Positions 23,718 to 35,560 of a stretch of 64,000 nt of DNA are shown here, one piece after another. Position 1 is the first letter of the stretch. Each line of letters starts with the position of its first letter. The translations under genes and the position numbers were made by a program. The stretch is taken from assembly GCF_006345805.1 (NCBI RefSeq), contig NC_043000.1:2108001-2172000 (forward strand), written 5' to 3'. Source of the stretch: Octopus sinensis. Its lineage: Eukaryota. The notes beneath the pieces are model-generated. The model saw only the letters and a program-made list of their open reading frames with translations. It had not been told where the DNA came from and did no database searches.

Positions 23718-24859
23718 AACAGCAGTTGAAGGCCGGGTGGTTCTTTCACTATGCTGTATGAAATACCTGCCTTGGTTGACTATCTTTTATCATTGCAAGG
23801 GAGAGAGGATAAAATGAGTACCTACCAGTTTCTGGAGATTATTTGTTTGAATATAAATAAACTCACACCAAAATCTGTGTCCTTGTGCTTATATTGGAAA
23901 TAACTTTTATTGTTGTCTTTATAATTCATGGCTTGAGAAATATATCAAGAATTTGTTGTGTTTTGGAGAACATGCATAGGAATATTCAAGGTTAATAAGA
24001 ATATTTATAGGAGTTGATGTCATAAGAATTGACAAACTTTAAGAGAACATGAAATAATTCTATTTTGGAATGGTGGATCTTGAAGTCGATAAAGCTATAA
24101 ATAATAATATATAAATATTGGCTTAAAAAAAAAAAAATTTGTATAGAAGAAGTCAAAAGTATCTGCATTGAGATTCTCTGTTCCAAAAAAAGAATTATTA
24201 TATATAGAGGTATTTATGTTTGGCAAGGACATTCAAGATTAATGGAGAATGTTTAAAATTAACAAATGCTATATGAGAACACCCTAACCATATTTACAGG
24301 TTCTTGTATTAGTACAATTTCATTATGAAAGAGCCATGCATTTAATAATGCATGAAGCTGTTACTTAAAATTTAATTAAAATTTATTTCATAAGGCACCA
24401 AAATTTTCATCACATAATTGTGACTGGAAACCTTGCATTGCTATTTTCTGGAACAACTCTCTGTCTATCCATCCTTATTGATAATTTGTCAATTTCCTTA
24501 CAGAAATGGTTCATTATTCTAGTTGTGTCAATCACAAAAGAAATCACACACATTTCTTAACTGCCATAATGTTTTTAGTTCAGCAGCTAGGCCAGTGTAA
24601 ATTTCTTAGCTTTTCAGCTTATTTGTGAAAGACATTACAGTCATTTAGTATTGCTTTATCAATAATTAGTATACTATTGTTATTTTTGTCATGGAATACG
24701 GTGTAAGAATTATTGTGTGCTATCTAATGGTACTGTCAGTATGCTAAACTTCCATGATATTTTCACATTGAAATATACTAAAACTGAGAGAGATTCATAT
24801 GACTACTAGAGTGCTTTTTCTTATTGCAGACGAAATTTCGTGGCTAGATTTATAAAGCA

Positions 24860-25075
24860 GCTTTAGTATGCTATTATGTCATCTCCAAGTATATTTTGTT
24901 GGAGCTAGTATGGGGCATCTTTATACAATGTGATATAGTATTTAAGGAAATACACCATAAGAGTGACATTTGTTCTCTATCTTGCAGGAGTTTATTTCAA
25001 TATATCTTGTGGTGATGGCATGTTTGTTCCTATATTGTGAATGGTGCTGCCTCTGCTCTTCCATTCAAGCTTAAT
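24860..25075 (-). pseudogene. Ancient R4/Dong-like RLE retrotransposon remnant (zinc-knuckle region)
   Basis: Minus reading with one frameshift: GRAEAAPFTI*EQ/AITTRYIEINSCKIENKCHSYGVFP*ILYHIV*RCPILAPTKYTWR*HNSILK, collinear with AAQDQSLPTRNY..CRICG..HIISSCPVLAKKEYIHRHD of the 16.7-kb element. Confidence 0.55.
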
Positions 25076-26204
25076 TTGAGCATCTACGTGACAAATAGTC
25101 TCTTATTTATATATAGGAGACCTAGTTTGCAGAATTATTTGCAATGTGTTTAAACGCTTTTATGGTTGGTTACCACTGTTGAACTACCTGCTATCTGTAT
25201 ATCTACTCTTGCTTTTGATCCAGTCTAAGATGTTTGAAGACCAAGCTGACAGAACATTGGAATAAATATTTTTCAGAATTTGTTCTGGCTCTCTACATTC
25301 TGTGTTCAAATCCCACTGAGATCAACTTCACCTTTGACCTCTTTTGGGGTCGATAAAGTAACAGTTTTTATGATATTTAATAAGGTTTCTCTATGTTCTG
25401 CAGTCAGCTTTTTATATTTAATCTTTCTGAACTGATAAAATAAAGAACCAGTCAAGTATGAGGTTGATTTTAATATTTGTAAACTTGTGTCTGTGTTATT
25501 GTTGCTGCTTAGTCCCAGATTAGCCCTGATTGAACAGAGCTTTTGTCAAACATATTCCAACCATGGCCATCCATCTTATCAGTTATGGGGTCATAAACAA
25601 ACCAACACTGATTGTCAAGTGATGGGAGAAACAAACACACATACACGGCAGGCATCATTACAGTTTCTGTTTGTCAGATTCACTCACAAAGCATTGCCTG
25701 GCCCAGGGCTTTAGTCTTCATATATTTTGTTGGCTATTTCTTGTGTCTCCACCCAATCACTCCCACCCTCTTTTGTAAAATGTGAGCAGTCATGTTGCTC
25801 TTCTACAGTAAGAAACCTGTTCTGTTCTGGCCCCTTTTCTCATGCTTTTATCCTTCATCTTGCTCCCATGGGGGTTTGTCATTAATTTTGCAAGATGCAG
25901 GCAAGCACACTAGTGCTGGTGCCATGATAAAAACACCCAGTATATGCCGTAAAGAAGAGCATCTAGCCATAGAAACCATGCCAAGCAGACACTGGAGCAC
26001 GAGACAGTCCTTGGGTCTATTACATCTCATGAAACCATTCAACCCATGCCATGTTAAAAGATGATGATAGTGGTTGGGCATGATTTAAGGAAAACTAGGC
26101 TGCTATTTCTAACAGGTTGAGTGACTTTGTAGGGGCTCTCATGTGAGCTTCTGTGACTAAAGTAGAAGCCATTAGCAGAAATGGTAGAGCAACAGACTAA
26201 ATAC

Positions 26205-26595
26205 CTTACTCTTTACTCTTTTTTACGCTTTTACATGTTTCGGCCATGCTGGAGCACCGCCTTTAGTCGAGCAAATCGACCCAAGGACTTATTATTTGTA
26301 AGCCTAGTACTTATTCTGTTAGTCTCTTTTATTGAACCACTAAGTTACGGGGACGTAAACACACCAGCATCGGTTGTCAAGCGATGTTGGAGGGACAAAC
26401 ACAGACTCACAAACACACATATACATATATACGACGGGCTTCTTTCAGTTTCCGTCTACCAAATCCACTCATAAGGCTTTGGTCGGCCCGAGGCTATAGT
26501 AGAAGGCACTTGCCCAAGGTGCCACGCAGTGGGACTGAACCTTGAACCATGTGGTTGATAAGCAAGCTACTTACCACACAGCCACTCCTGCGCCT
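26205..26595 (-). mobile_element. Family-B SINE
   Basis: Full head and tail on the minus strand. Confidence 0.9.
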
Positions 26596-27214
26596 TGTAG
26601 TATTTAGTTATATATCTTAATGTTTTGAGCTCAAATCTTGAGGTTGACTTCATCTTTCATCTTCCTGGGGTCGATAATGTAAAGCTGCAGTTTAGTACCA
26701 GGATTGACTACAGCATTTAAATGTGTGTGTGTGTGTGTGTGTGTGTGGCACAGAGGAAAATCTTGTCTTAGGTAGTTGCAATAGTATTGGTGGTAGTGGC
26801 TGCAGTGGTAATAGTAATAGAAAGGTGGTAGTAACAGACATGATAGTAGTGATGGTGATAGTGGTAAAAGCAGTAACAGTAAAGTAGGAGTAGTGGTAGT
26901 AGCTGTCAGTGACAGTGTGAAAAGAGACCACTATGGTGCGTCCAGGTTGTATATATGAGAAAGATATTTGCCAAAAAGCTAAATAGATTGCTTTCTTCTG
27001 TGGTCTACAATATACTGTTGATTGAAGGTCTAACCATTCTACTATTGATTGAATATCTAACCATTTCATATATTGATTACATAATGGGGAATGTATAACT
27101 AAGATTTCTACATCACTTTCTAACCAATCTCTTTCTCTCTTTCTCACACTTTCTCACGTGTGTGTGTGTGTGTAGATATAAATATGTGTGTGTGCATGTG
27201 TGTATATATATATC

Positions 27215-27580
27215 TCTTTTACTTGTTTCAGTCATTTGACAGTGGCCATGCTGGAGCACCGTCTTTAGTCGAGCAAATCGACCCCGGGACTTATTCTTTG
27301 TAAGCCTAGTACTTATTCTATCGGTCTCTTTTGCCGAACCGCTAAGTGACAGGGATGTAAACACACCAGCATCAGTTGTCAAGCAATGCTAGGGGGACAA
27401 ACACAAACATACACGAACATATACACACACACATACATATATACGACGGCTTCTTTCAGTTTCCGTCTACCAAATCCACTCACAAGGCATTGGTCGGCCC
27501 GAGGCTGTAGCAGAAGACACTTGCCCAAGATGACATGCAGTGGGACTGAACCCAGAACCATGTGGTTGGTTAGCAAGCTA
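27215..27580 (-). mobile_element. Family-B SINE
   Basis: Reverse complement of the B consensus blocks. Confidence 0.85.
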
Positions 27581-27758
27581 CAATAGTTTAGCTATTGATT
27601 CTAGCTCATGCTGTACCTAACATACAGACAAACACCTTGTCATTGAATATAATATCTTCACTGACAGAAATAGAGGGATCAGCCCCTTATAAAATCCTGT
27701 GTTGGGATTTTTCATCAATACATGATAGGGACTGATAGAATAAGTATGAGGCTTACAA

Positions 27759-28136
27759 TGGAAATAGTAGTTGTGATACCTGTGCCGGTGGCACATAAAA
27801 AGCACCATCCGAACGTGGATGTTGCCAGCGCCGTCCCAACTGGCTTCTGTGCCGGTGGCACATAAAAAGCACCATCCGAACGTGGCCGTTGCCAGCGCCG
27901 CCTTGGCTGGCTTCCGTGCCGGTGGCACGTTAAAAGCTCCAACCGATTGTGGCCGATGCCGGACCCCTTGGCACCTGTGCCGGTGGCACGTAAAAAGCAC
28001 CCACTACCCTCGCAGAGTGGTTGGCGTTAGGAAGGGCATCCAGCTGTAGAAACCCTGCCAGATCAGACTGGAGCCTGGTGCAGCCCCTGGATTCCCAGAC
28101 CCTAGCGCGGAAAACGGACGTTAAACGATGATGATG
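27759..28136 (+). mobile_element. RTE 3'UTR fragment with 4 hairpin units
   Basis: gtgccggtggcac(a/g)taaaa(a)gc occurs 4 times, then aggaagggcatccagc and the tail. Confidence 0.85.
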
Positions 28137-28303
28137 TATAATAAATAACATGACAGTAATTTTTAAGTTGTTGTGCTCTTTTCAAAAATATTTAACTCTA
28201 TATTTTGTATAGTATTCTTTATTTTGAGATTCCTTACTGAAAATTATTCATAGCAATACATATGTATATACGTAATAATAACCTTGGAGCTTTTAGGAAA
28301 ACA

Positions 28304-28803
28304 GTTTACTGATTCGGCAGTACATCATCGTTTAACGTCCGTTCTCCATGCTAGCATGGGTTGGACGGTTCGACCGGGGATCTGGAAAGCCAGAAGGCTG
28401 CACCAGCCTCCAGTCTGATCTGGCAGTGTTTCTACAGCTGGATGCCCTTCCTAACGCCAACCACTCCGTGAGTGTAGTAGGTGCTTTTTACATGCCACCT
28501 GCACAGGTGCCAGGCGAGGCTGGCAACGGCCACGGTCGGATTGGTGCAATTTATGTGTCACCGGCACGGAAGCCAGTCGAGGCGGCGCTGGCATCGGCCA
28601 CGAGTCGGATAGTGCTTTTTACGTACCACCAGTCCAGGGGTCCTGGCATCTGCCGGGTGCCAGTCATAGGATTGGTTCAATTCGATTTCGATTTCGATTT
28701 CACTTGCCCCAACATGTCTTCACAAAAATTGGAAAGATGCAGAGATTAGCATGACCCCTGCGCAATAATGACACACAAATTTGTGAAGCGTTCCATATTT
28801 TTT
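28304..28803 (+). pseudogene. U6: U6 snRNA pseudogene, full length but split by an RTE insertion
   Basis: 5' part gtttactgattcggcagtacat (28304-28325; U6 5' stem-loop with ttcg loop). 3' part aaaattggaaagatgcagagattagcatgacccctgcgcaataatgacacacaaatttgtgaagcgttccatatttttt (28725-28803) matches U6 from ~nt 26 to the U-tract. Confidence 0.85.
28323..28724 (-). mobile_element. RTE 3'UTR fragment inserted in U6
   Basis: Near-collinear with 32816-33270; (CAT)n tail abuts U6 gtacat. Confidence 0.9.
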
Positions 28804-29420
28804 ATAGGTGCAGGAGTGGCTGTGTGGTAAGTAGCTTGTTTACCAACCACATGGTTCTAGGTTCAGTCCCACTGCATGGCACTTTGGGCAAGTGTCTTCT
28901 ACTATAGCCTCGAACCGACCAAAGCCTTGTGAGTGGATTTGAACGGAAGCTGAAAGAAGCCCATCGTATGTATATGAGTGTGTGTGTTTGTGTGTCTGTG
29001 TTTGTTCCCCCAACATTGCTTGACAACCGATGCTGGTGTGTTTACGTCCCCGTAACTTAGTGGTTCAATAAAAGAGACTAACAGAATAAGTACTAGGCTT
29101 ACAAATAATAAGTCCTTGGGTCGATTTGCTCGACTAAAGGCGGTGCTCCAGCATGGTCGCGGTCAAATGACTGAAACATGTAAAAGCGTAAAAAAGAGTA
29201 AAGAGTAAGGTATTTAGTCTGTTGCTCTACCATTTCTGCTAATGGCTTCTACTTTAGTCACAGAAGCTCACATGAGAGCCCCTAACTTAGTGGTTCAGCA
29301 AATGACACTGATAGAATAATTATTAGGCTTACAAAGAATAAGTCCTGGGATTGATATGCTTGACTGAAAGCACTGCTCCAGCATGGCAGCAGTCAAATAA
29401 CTGAAACCAATTAAAGAATA
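28804..29420 (+). mobile_element. Family-B SINE with a duplicated 3' half caused by a templated insertion
   Basis: Head at 28804; first 3' half plus 75-85 bp of foreign flank at 29051-29284; second, older 3' half restarts at taacttagtggttc (29283). Confidence 0.8.
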
Positions 29421-29589
29421 AACTATATGAATACATGTTTTTGAATGAAAACAAAGAGCTGACTAACTAGATACATCAAAACTATTTTCAATGTAATGTG
29501 TTTCTGAAAAGGAGGGAATACATATATAGCTCCATGCATATATGTTTGCATGTGTACGTATATATATATATATTTCTTTTATTCTTTTT

Positions 29590-29789
29590 TTTTTACTTGT
29601 TTCAGTCATTTGACTGCGGCCATGTTGGAGCACCGCCTTTAATCGAGCAACTCGACCACAGGACTTATTCTTTTGTAAGCCCAGTACTTATTCTATCGGT
29701 GTCTTTTGCCGAACCGCTAAGTGACGGGGACATAAACACACCAGCATCGGTTGTCAAGCAATGCTAGGGGGACAAACACAGACACACAA

Positions 29790-29846
<57 letters not shown>

Positions 29847-30010
29847 TACGACAGGCTTCTTTCAGTTTCCGTTTACCAAATCCACTCACAAGGCATTGGT
29901 CGGCCCGGGGCTATAGCGGAAGACACTTGCCCAAGATGCCACGCAGTGGGACTGAACCCGGATTCATGTGGTTGGTTAGCAAGCTATTACCACACAGCCA
30001 CTCCTGTGCC
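29590..30010 (-). mobile_element. Family-B SINE
   Basis: Full-length reverse-complement match. Confidence 0.9.
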
Positions 30011-30405
30011 TATATATATATTTTTTTAATCTTCTCAGCTATGGGAGAAGGCAATCCTCATGACCCTTCACAAGGCCCTTGAAACTAATAGGAGGAAGGA
30101 AGGGAGGAGTTTATAGTTATATTAGTAATGTGGCCTGAATGTTTGTAACAGAGAGGGCTCTTCTAAAGTCACCCAAGGTTAAACCAGTCAAGGGCAAACT
30201 GCAGCTTGCAGGTCGGATGTGTTCTGTGATATTTTCTGAATGGTACACCTAATGAAATTTTACCTCAAACTTTTATTTATAGTAGTGTAGCGTATCTAAT
30301 AATTATGTATATCTTATGTAGCCCACTTCTCAAAAAAGGGTCCATATCTGAGATAAGCCACCAAGCAGTTTAACACCACTATCTAGTTGTGATATATATA
30401 TATAT

Positions 30406-30803
30406 GTGCTGTGTGGTAAGTAGCTTGCTTACGAACCACATGGTTCCGGGTTCAGTCCCACTGCAGGGCACCTTGGGCAAGTGTCATCTACTATAGCCTC
30501 GGGTCGACACCAAAGCCTTGTGAGCGGATTTGGTAGACGGAAACTGAAAGAACCCCATTGTATATATATGTATGTGTGTGTGTGTATATGTTTGTGTGTT
30601 TGTGTTTATCCCCCCCCCCCAACATCGCTTGACAACCGATGCTGGTGTGTTTATGTCCCTGTAACATAGCAGTTCAGCAAAAGAGACCAATAGAATAAGT
30701 ACTAGGCTTACGAAGAATAAGTCGATTTGCTCGACTAAAGGTGGTGCTCCAGCATGGCCACAGTCAAATGACTGAAACAAGCAAAAGAGTAAAGAGTAAA
30801 AGA
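30406..30803 (+). mobile_element. Family-B SINE
   Basis: gtgctgtgtggtaagtagcttg head through gagtaaagagtaaaag tail. Confidence 0.9.
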
Positions 30804-30979
30804 CTACGTGATTGTTGGTGGATTGGTTGGAGGTTGGCACTACCGTGTTGTACATTTATTCAACCTAGACGTTGTGCAGATAAAGTCAACCCAGAGGTTG
30901 CCCTGCATGGCTGTCTGATCCAAAACGTGTGCTTGTGCTTTATTCTTTTATTCTGAAACTATGATGATACATATATACA

Positions 30980-31352
30980 TTCAAAATCAAACCAAATCAA
31001 AATAGATGAACATCAATGGAATTTGTATCTTTGTGGTACCAGTGCCGGTGGCACATAAGAAAACCATATGAACGTGGCCGTAGCCAGTACCGCATCGACT
31101 GGCCTCCGTGCTGTGGGCACGTAACAAACACCATCCGAACGTGGCCGTTCGCCAGCCTCGTCTGGCGCCTGTGTCGGTGGCACATAAAATCACCCACTAC
31201 ACTCTCGGAGTGGTTGGCGTTAGGAAGGGCATCCAGCTGTAGAAACACTGCCAGATCCGACTGGCCTGGTGCAGCCTTTTGGCTCCCCAGACCCCAGTCG
31301 AACCGTCCAACCCATGCTAGCATGGAAAGCGGACGTTAAACGATGATGATGA
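30980..31352 (+). mobile_element. RTE 3'UTR fragment
   Basis: (AAATC)n, 3 hairpin units, ggttggcgttaggaagggcatccagc, (GAT)n tail. Confidence 0.85.
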
Positions 31353-32390
31353 TACATATATACATTCACACATGTTCTTATGTACTAGCGGCATACACAT
31401 TTCATAAACGATTGTGTGAGTTTGGTCTGTGTGTATGTAGTTGCGTATAAACAACCATTTATGAGGCTTTGCCATTGCAATTGTGTGTACATGTATTACT
31501 ACAGCAGGCAAAATACATACATATGTAGACACACAAATATATATATGTTTTGGCCAACTGCACCAACAAACACAAGCACACACACACACACGTTCACATT
31601 CATATCCTATATGCTTTTGTACACATCTTTAGAATATGCTTTTGTACACATCTTTAGAGATAAGGTTGCTTAATGGCAAATCTGTTGCTAGCCATTACAT
31701 ATGACTTTAAGGAAACACTTGTTGCCATGTTCTCTAAATACAAAGCTGTACAGCCTTCTCCACCAGTTTTTATAGCTGCCCTCATACAACCCGACAGGCC
31801 TCTGTTGACTTCCTTTTGGTTATTTTTACCATTTTATACTCTTACAAATAACAACCAAATTCCCCTTAAACACTACCTTACTGTTGTAAAAAGGAAGGAC
31901 ACTTCAGATAATGTAGTCTTGTTTACCTGAGATGGCTATGGTTAAAATGTTTTAATAATAGGTCCTTTTGAACTTGGGAGGAAATAGCAACAATAACAAT
32001 ACACATTACACATTGATTGCATTGGTCTTGGAATGCCTTTCTGTCAGACACACGCAAAAAAAAAACCCCCACTCTACTTGAGCTAACAAAGGTGCTTCTA
32101 TATTGTTGTTGCTTGATTTGCTAGAAATAGCAACCAAGTCACCCTCAAATCATACCTTATTGTTTACATTACAATCAACATAGCAACTTCATTCAGTCAA
32201 TCGTCTTCATCATTCCCTTTTCCATGTTATTATGTGTTGGGTGGATCTGCCTTACACCATACCATCAGACCCAGCTAGTGAGTCAGCAAAGGACTCTCTA
32301 AGCAGCTGTTCGACCTGCTCAAAATTGCAGTCAAATTACCCTCATATCACACTCTAAAGAAGGACACATTGTTATAATGTAGTATAATGT

Positions 32391-32621
32391 AGGCGGTGAG
32401 CTGGCAGAAACGTTAGCACACCGGGCGAAATGCTTAGCGGTATTTCGTCTGCGTTACGTTGTGAGTTCAAATTCCGCCGAGGTCGACTTTGCCTTTCATC
32501 CTTTCGGGGTCGATAAATTAAGTACCAGTTACGCACTGGGGTCGATGTAATCGACTTAATACCTATGTCTGTCCTTGTTTGTCCCCTCTGTGTTTAGCCC
32601 ATTGTGGGTAATAAAGAAATA
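32391..32621 (+). mobile_element. Family-C SINE with 14-bp TSD
   Basis: aggcggtgagctggcagaaacgttagc..gagttcaaattccg..ggtaataaagaaata; gttataatgtagta at 32371-32384 and 32622-32635. Confidence 0.9.
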
Positions 32622-32815
32622 GTTATAATGTAGTAACAGAAAAAATAAGATAAAATAAAAAAAAAAAGGACAGCACAAGAGGATTGTGTTTGATCCCAGG
32701 CTTGCTTGATTAGTATTTAACGAGTGTTAAGCAGCAGTAACAACCCAGCTAAAAGTTTAATACGTACACACTGACGTTTCTGTATAAACATTGATATGAA
32801 TAAACCTAACTAATT

Positions 32816-33270
32816 CATCATCATCATCATCATCATCGTTTAACGTCCGTTCTCCATGCTAGCATGGGTTGGACGGTTTGACCGGGGATCTGGAAAGCCA
32901 GAAGGCTGCACCAGGCTCCAGTCTTATCTGGCAATGTTTCTACAGCTGGATGCCCTTCCTAACGCCAACCACTCCGTGAGTGTAGTGGGTGCTTTTTACG
33001 TGCCACCTGCACTGGTGCCAGGCGAGGCTGGCATCGGCCACGGTCGGATTGGTGTATTTTATGTGCCACCGGCACGGAAGCCAGTCGAGGCGGCGCTGGC
33101 ATCGGCCACGAGTCGGATAGTGCTTTTTACGTACCACCAGTCCAGGGGTCCTGGCTGGTTCAATTCGATTTCGATTTCACTTGCCCCAACATGTCTTCGC
33201 AAGCAAAGGGGGTTGGCATGGGTGCCTGTCGTCGGATGAGGTTCTATATCGACTTCGCTTGCCTCAACAG
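32816..33270 (-). mobile_element. RTE 3'UTR fragment
   Basis: (CAT)n tail on the left; same subfamily as 28323-28724. Confidence 0.9.
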
Positions 33271-33453
33271 TATTTGTTAAATATTACACTGCTCAATATG
33301 TGTAAGTATAGATGAACAATATGCTTACCAATATATATATATATATATGTTGGTAAAAATGGTAAGATAACAAAAGAATGAAAGAGACCTCGATATTATG
33401 TAAATGAGGAATTTATCTGTAAATGTAATATGTGACAATTATTCGGTAGCCAA

Positions 33454-33514
33454 GATAAAACTCTGAGTTTCGGATGCCGAGGTGGAAATCCACGCCACCA
33501 TCTCTTCAGTTATC
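33454..33514 (-). ncRNA. Type-I hammerhead motif
   Basis: Minus strand: gataa-CTGAAGA-gatg(..)catc-c-GAAA-ctcaga-GTT-ttatc; helix III actc/gagt; lies in a unique block (~33345-33640) next to (TA)n. Confidence 0.65.
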
Positions 33515-34532
33515 CAGCCATCGGAAAAACGCTATGAAAAATGACCGTTATACAAAGGGAAATTACTGTGTTATTGACCGCTATTTAGACAAAAGAGCCA
33601 TTTGAATGACCGCTAATTAAGGTAAGGGGGTAAAAAGTTCATAGTATTCGCATAAGCACACCTGTTCATACCTACACATGTGCGCCCACACACCCACATG
33701 CGTACGCATACATTCATCCACCCTCACTAGAAAAACGTACACATCTTCACTCGCATCCTTCGCCAAATGTATATGCATATACATACAACCCCCCCATACA
33801 CACACACACGCGCGCTCCGTAAAAGTTCATACATACGTCTACATACGCACAAGCACAAGAAAAAACAGGGTTATATAGCTTTTGAATAGACCCAACTAAA
33901 TATTTACTGAACATATACTACTGTACATATAAAATATATGACTTTTGAATAAAACCAAGCTAAATATTTAGTTAACAAACCCACTTCACACATCAAAGTA
34001 CTGGTTCTTCCTCTGGTGCAGAACATTTTAGTACTCAGCTGCCTTTCAACTGCCCGTTATTGATAAAACAAATGACAAAGTCTTATCTTCTCTTATAATT
34101 CCATTCGCATCTAGAATGCATTATAGGAATAAAAAATTGATTCTAATATTCTGTAAGTCACATCACAGGCTATTCACCTTGGAGGCCAGTGACTCTGAAC
34201 AAGAACAGAAACAGAGGAGAAGTTATTCTTTAGTCTGACTTGCATTAGACAACACTCCATTCAAGCATCCTAGCATAGAAAAAAATAAAAAAACTAATGC
34301 AGTGGTGGTCTGATGATGATGGTGGTGGGTCTCAGGAAATCTTAACATGTTTATTAATGGTGTTTGTTTAGCTTGGGAGCTGTTGTTAATGAGATGTAGT
34401 GATGTGGTGTGGTTTTATTATTCAATGTCAGGAGGTCACTACAAAATGTTCACTCACGTATGGGGTGGTGTATATTTTGTGTTGGAAAGTTGTTCATGAG
34501 ATCTGGTGTGTCTTCACCATTTCAAATTCTTT

Positions 34533-34895
34533 CATCATCATCATCATCATCATCATCCACTTTCCATGATAGCATGGGTTGGACAATTTTGACTGAGGGC
34601 TGGCAAACCAGATTGCTGCACCAGGCTCCAATCTTGATCTGGCAGAGTTTCTACTGCTGGATGCCCTTCCTAACGCCAACCACTCCAAGAGTGTAGTGGA
34701 TGCTTTTTACATGCCACTGGCATGGGGCCCAGTCAGACGGTACTGGCAACGACCTCGCTCTAATCTTTTTACACATGTCACCGGCACAGGTGCCAGCAAG
34801 GCGACGCTAGTAACGATCACGCTTGAATGGTGCCTTTTACGTGCCACTGGCACGGAAGCCAGTTAGCTGCTCTGGCAACATCATGCTTGGATGGT
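34533..34895 (-). mobile_element. RTE 3'UTR fragment
   Basis: (CAT)n tail, ggatgcccttcctaacgccaacc, hairpin units. Confidence 0.8.
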
Positions 34896-34937
34896 GCTCT
34901 TACTATGACTTTTCTAGATCTGGCTAGATTTCATTAT

Positions 34938-35141
34938 TTAGTTGATGTTTTTCCAACAGTTGTAGTGTATCCTCTCATGGACGAAGGCACGTCCTACCCT
35001 TTTCGTTACTCTTCTAGCTTTATATGAATCCACTGGTGTCATTTTATTCAAGCCAGGTGGTATTAGCTTTGAGTCTCCACATCTACACAGGAAAGTTAGA
35101 TGGTTTGAAATACGAGCTAGTTTTTGGTGGAGTTTCTTCAT
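34938..35141 (-). pseudogene. Penelope-like element ORF N-terminal fragment
   Basis: MKKLHQKLARISNHLTFLCRCGDSKLIPPGL resembles the N-terminal H-x2-FL-x2-C-x5-IPxGL motif of Penelope-like RT ORFs (from memory); adjacent to a decayed hammerhead. Confidence 0.55.
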
Positions 35142-35219
35142 ATGTCTCCATTGAAGTCTAATAATAATAACATCGAAAAATACCTTAGGAATGAGAACCC
35201 AGGTTCAAAATTTCCCCAA

Positions 35220-35262
35220 GACACCTGATCAAGGCTGGAGGGTATATCAGCCGAAAAGTGTT
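35220..35262 (+). ncRNA. Inactivated hammerhead motif
   Basis: gacac-CTGATCA-A-ggctg(gagggtatat)cagcc-GAAA-a-gtgtt: helices I and II intact, G8 mutated, cleavage triplet deleted. Confidence 0.55.
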
Positions 35263-35307
35263 AACAACAATCAAGATGAGGAGAAATATCTGTCAAATGT
35301 AAATACT

Positions 35308-35341
<34 letters not shown>

Positions 35342-35342
<1 letters not shown>

Positions 35343-35560
35343 GTGGCGAGCTTGCAGAATCGTTAGCACTCCGGGCAAAAAGTATAGTGGTATTTCTTCC
35401 GTCTTTACGTTCTGAGTTCAAATTCTGCTGAGGCTGATTTTGCCTTTCATCCTTTCGAGGCCGATTAAATAAGTACCAGTTACGCACTGGGGTCGATGTA
35501 ATCGACTTACCCCCTCCCCCCAAATTCCAGGCCTTATATCTATAGTAGAAAAGATTATTA
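35342..35560 (+). mobile_element. Family-C SINE in (TTA)n
   Basis: gtggcgagcttgcagaatcgttagc..gcctttcatcctttcgagg. Confidence 0.8.

Noticed and set aside
23980-24200. Faint similarity to a Penelope GIY-YIG C-terminus (LEWWILKSIK..ILCSKK)
   Set aside because: Needs several frameshifts in very AT-rich DNA; too weak to call
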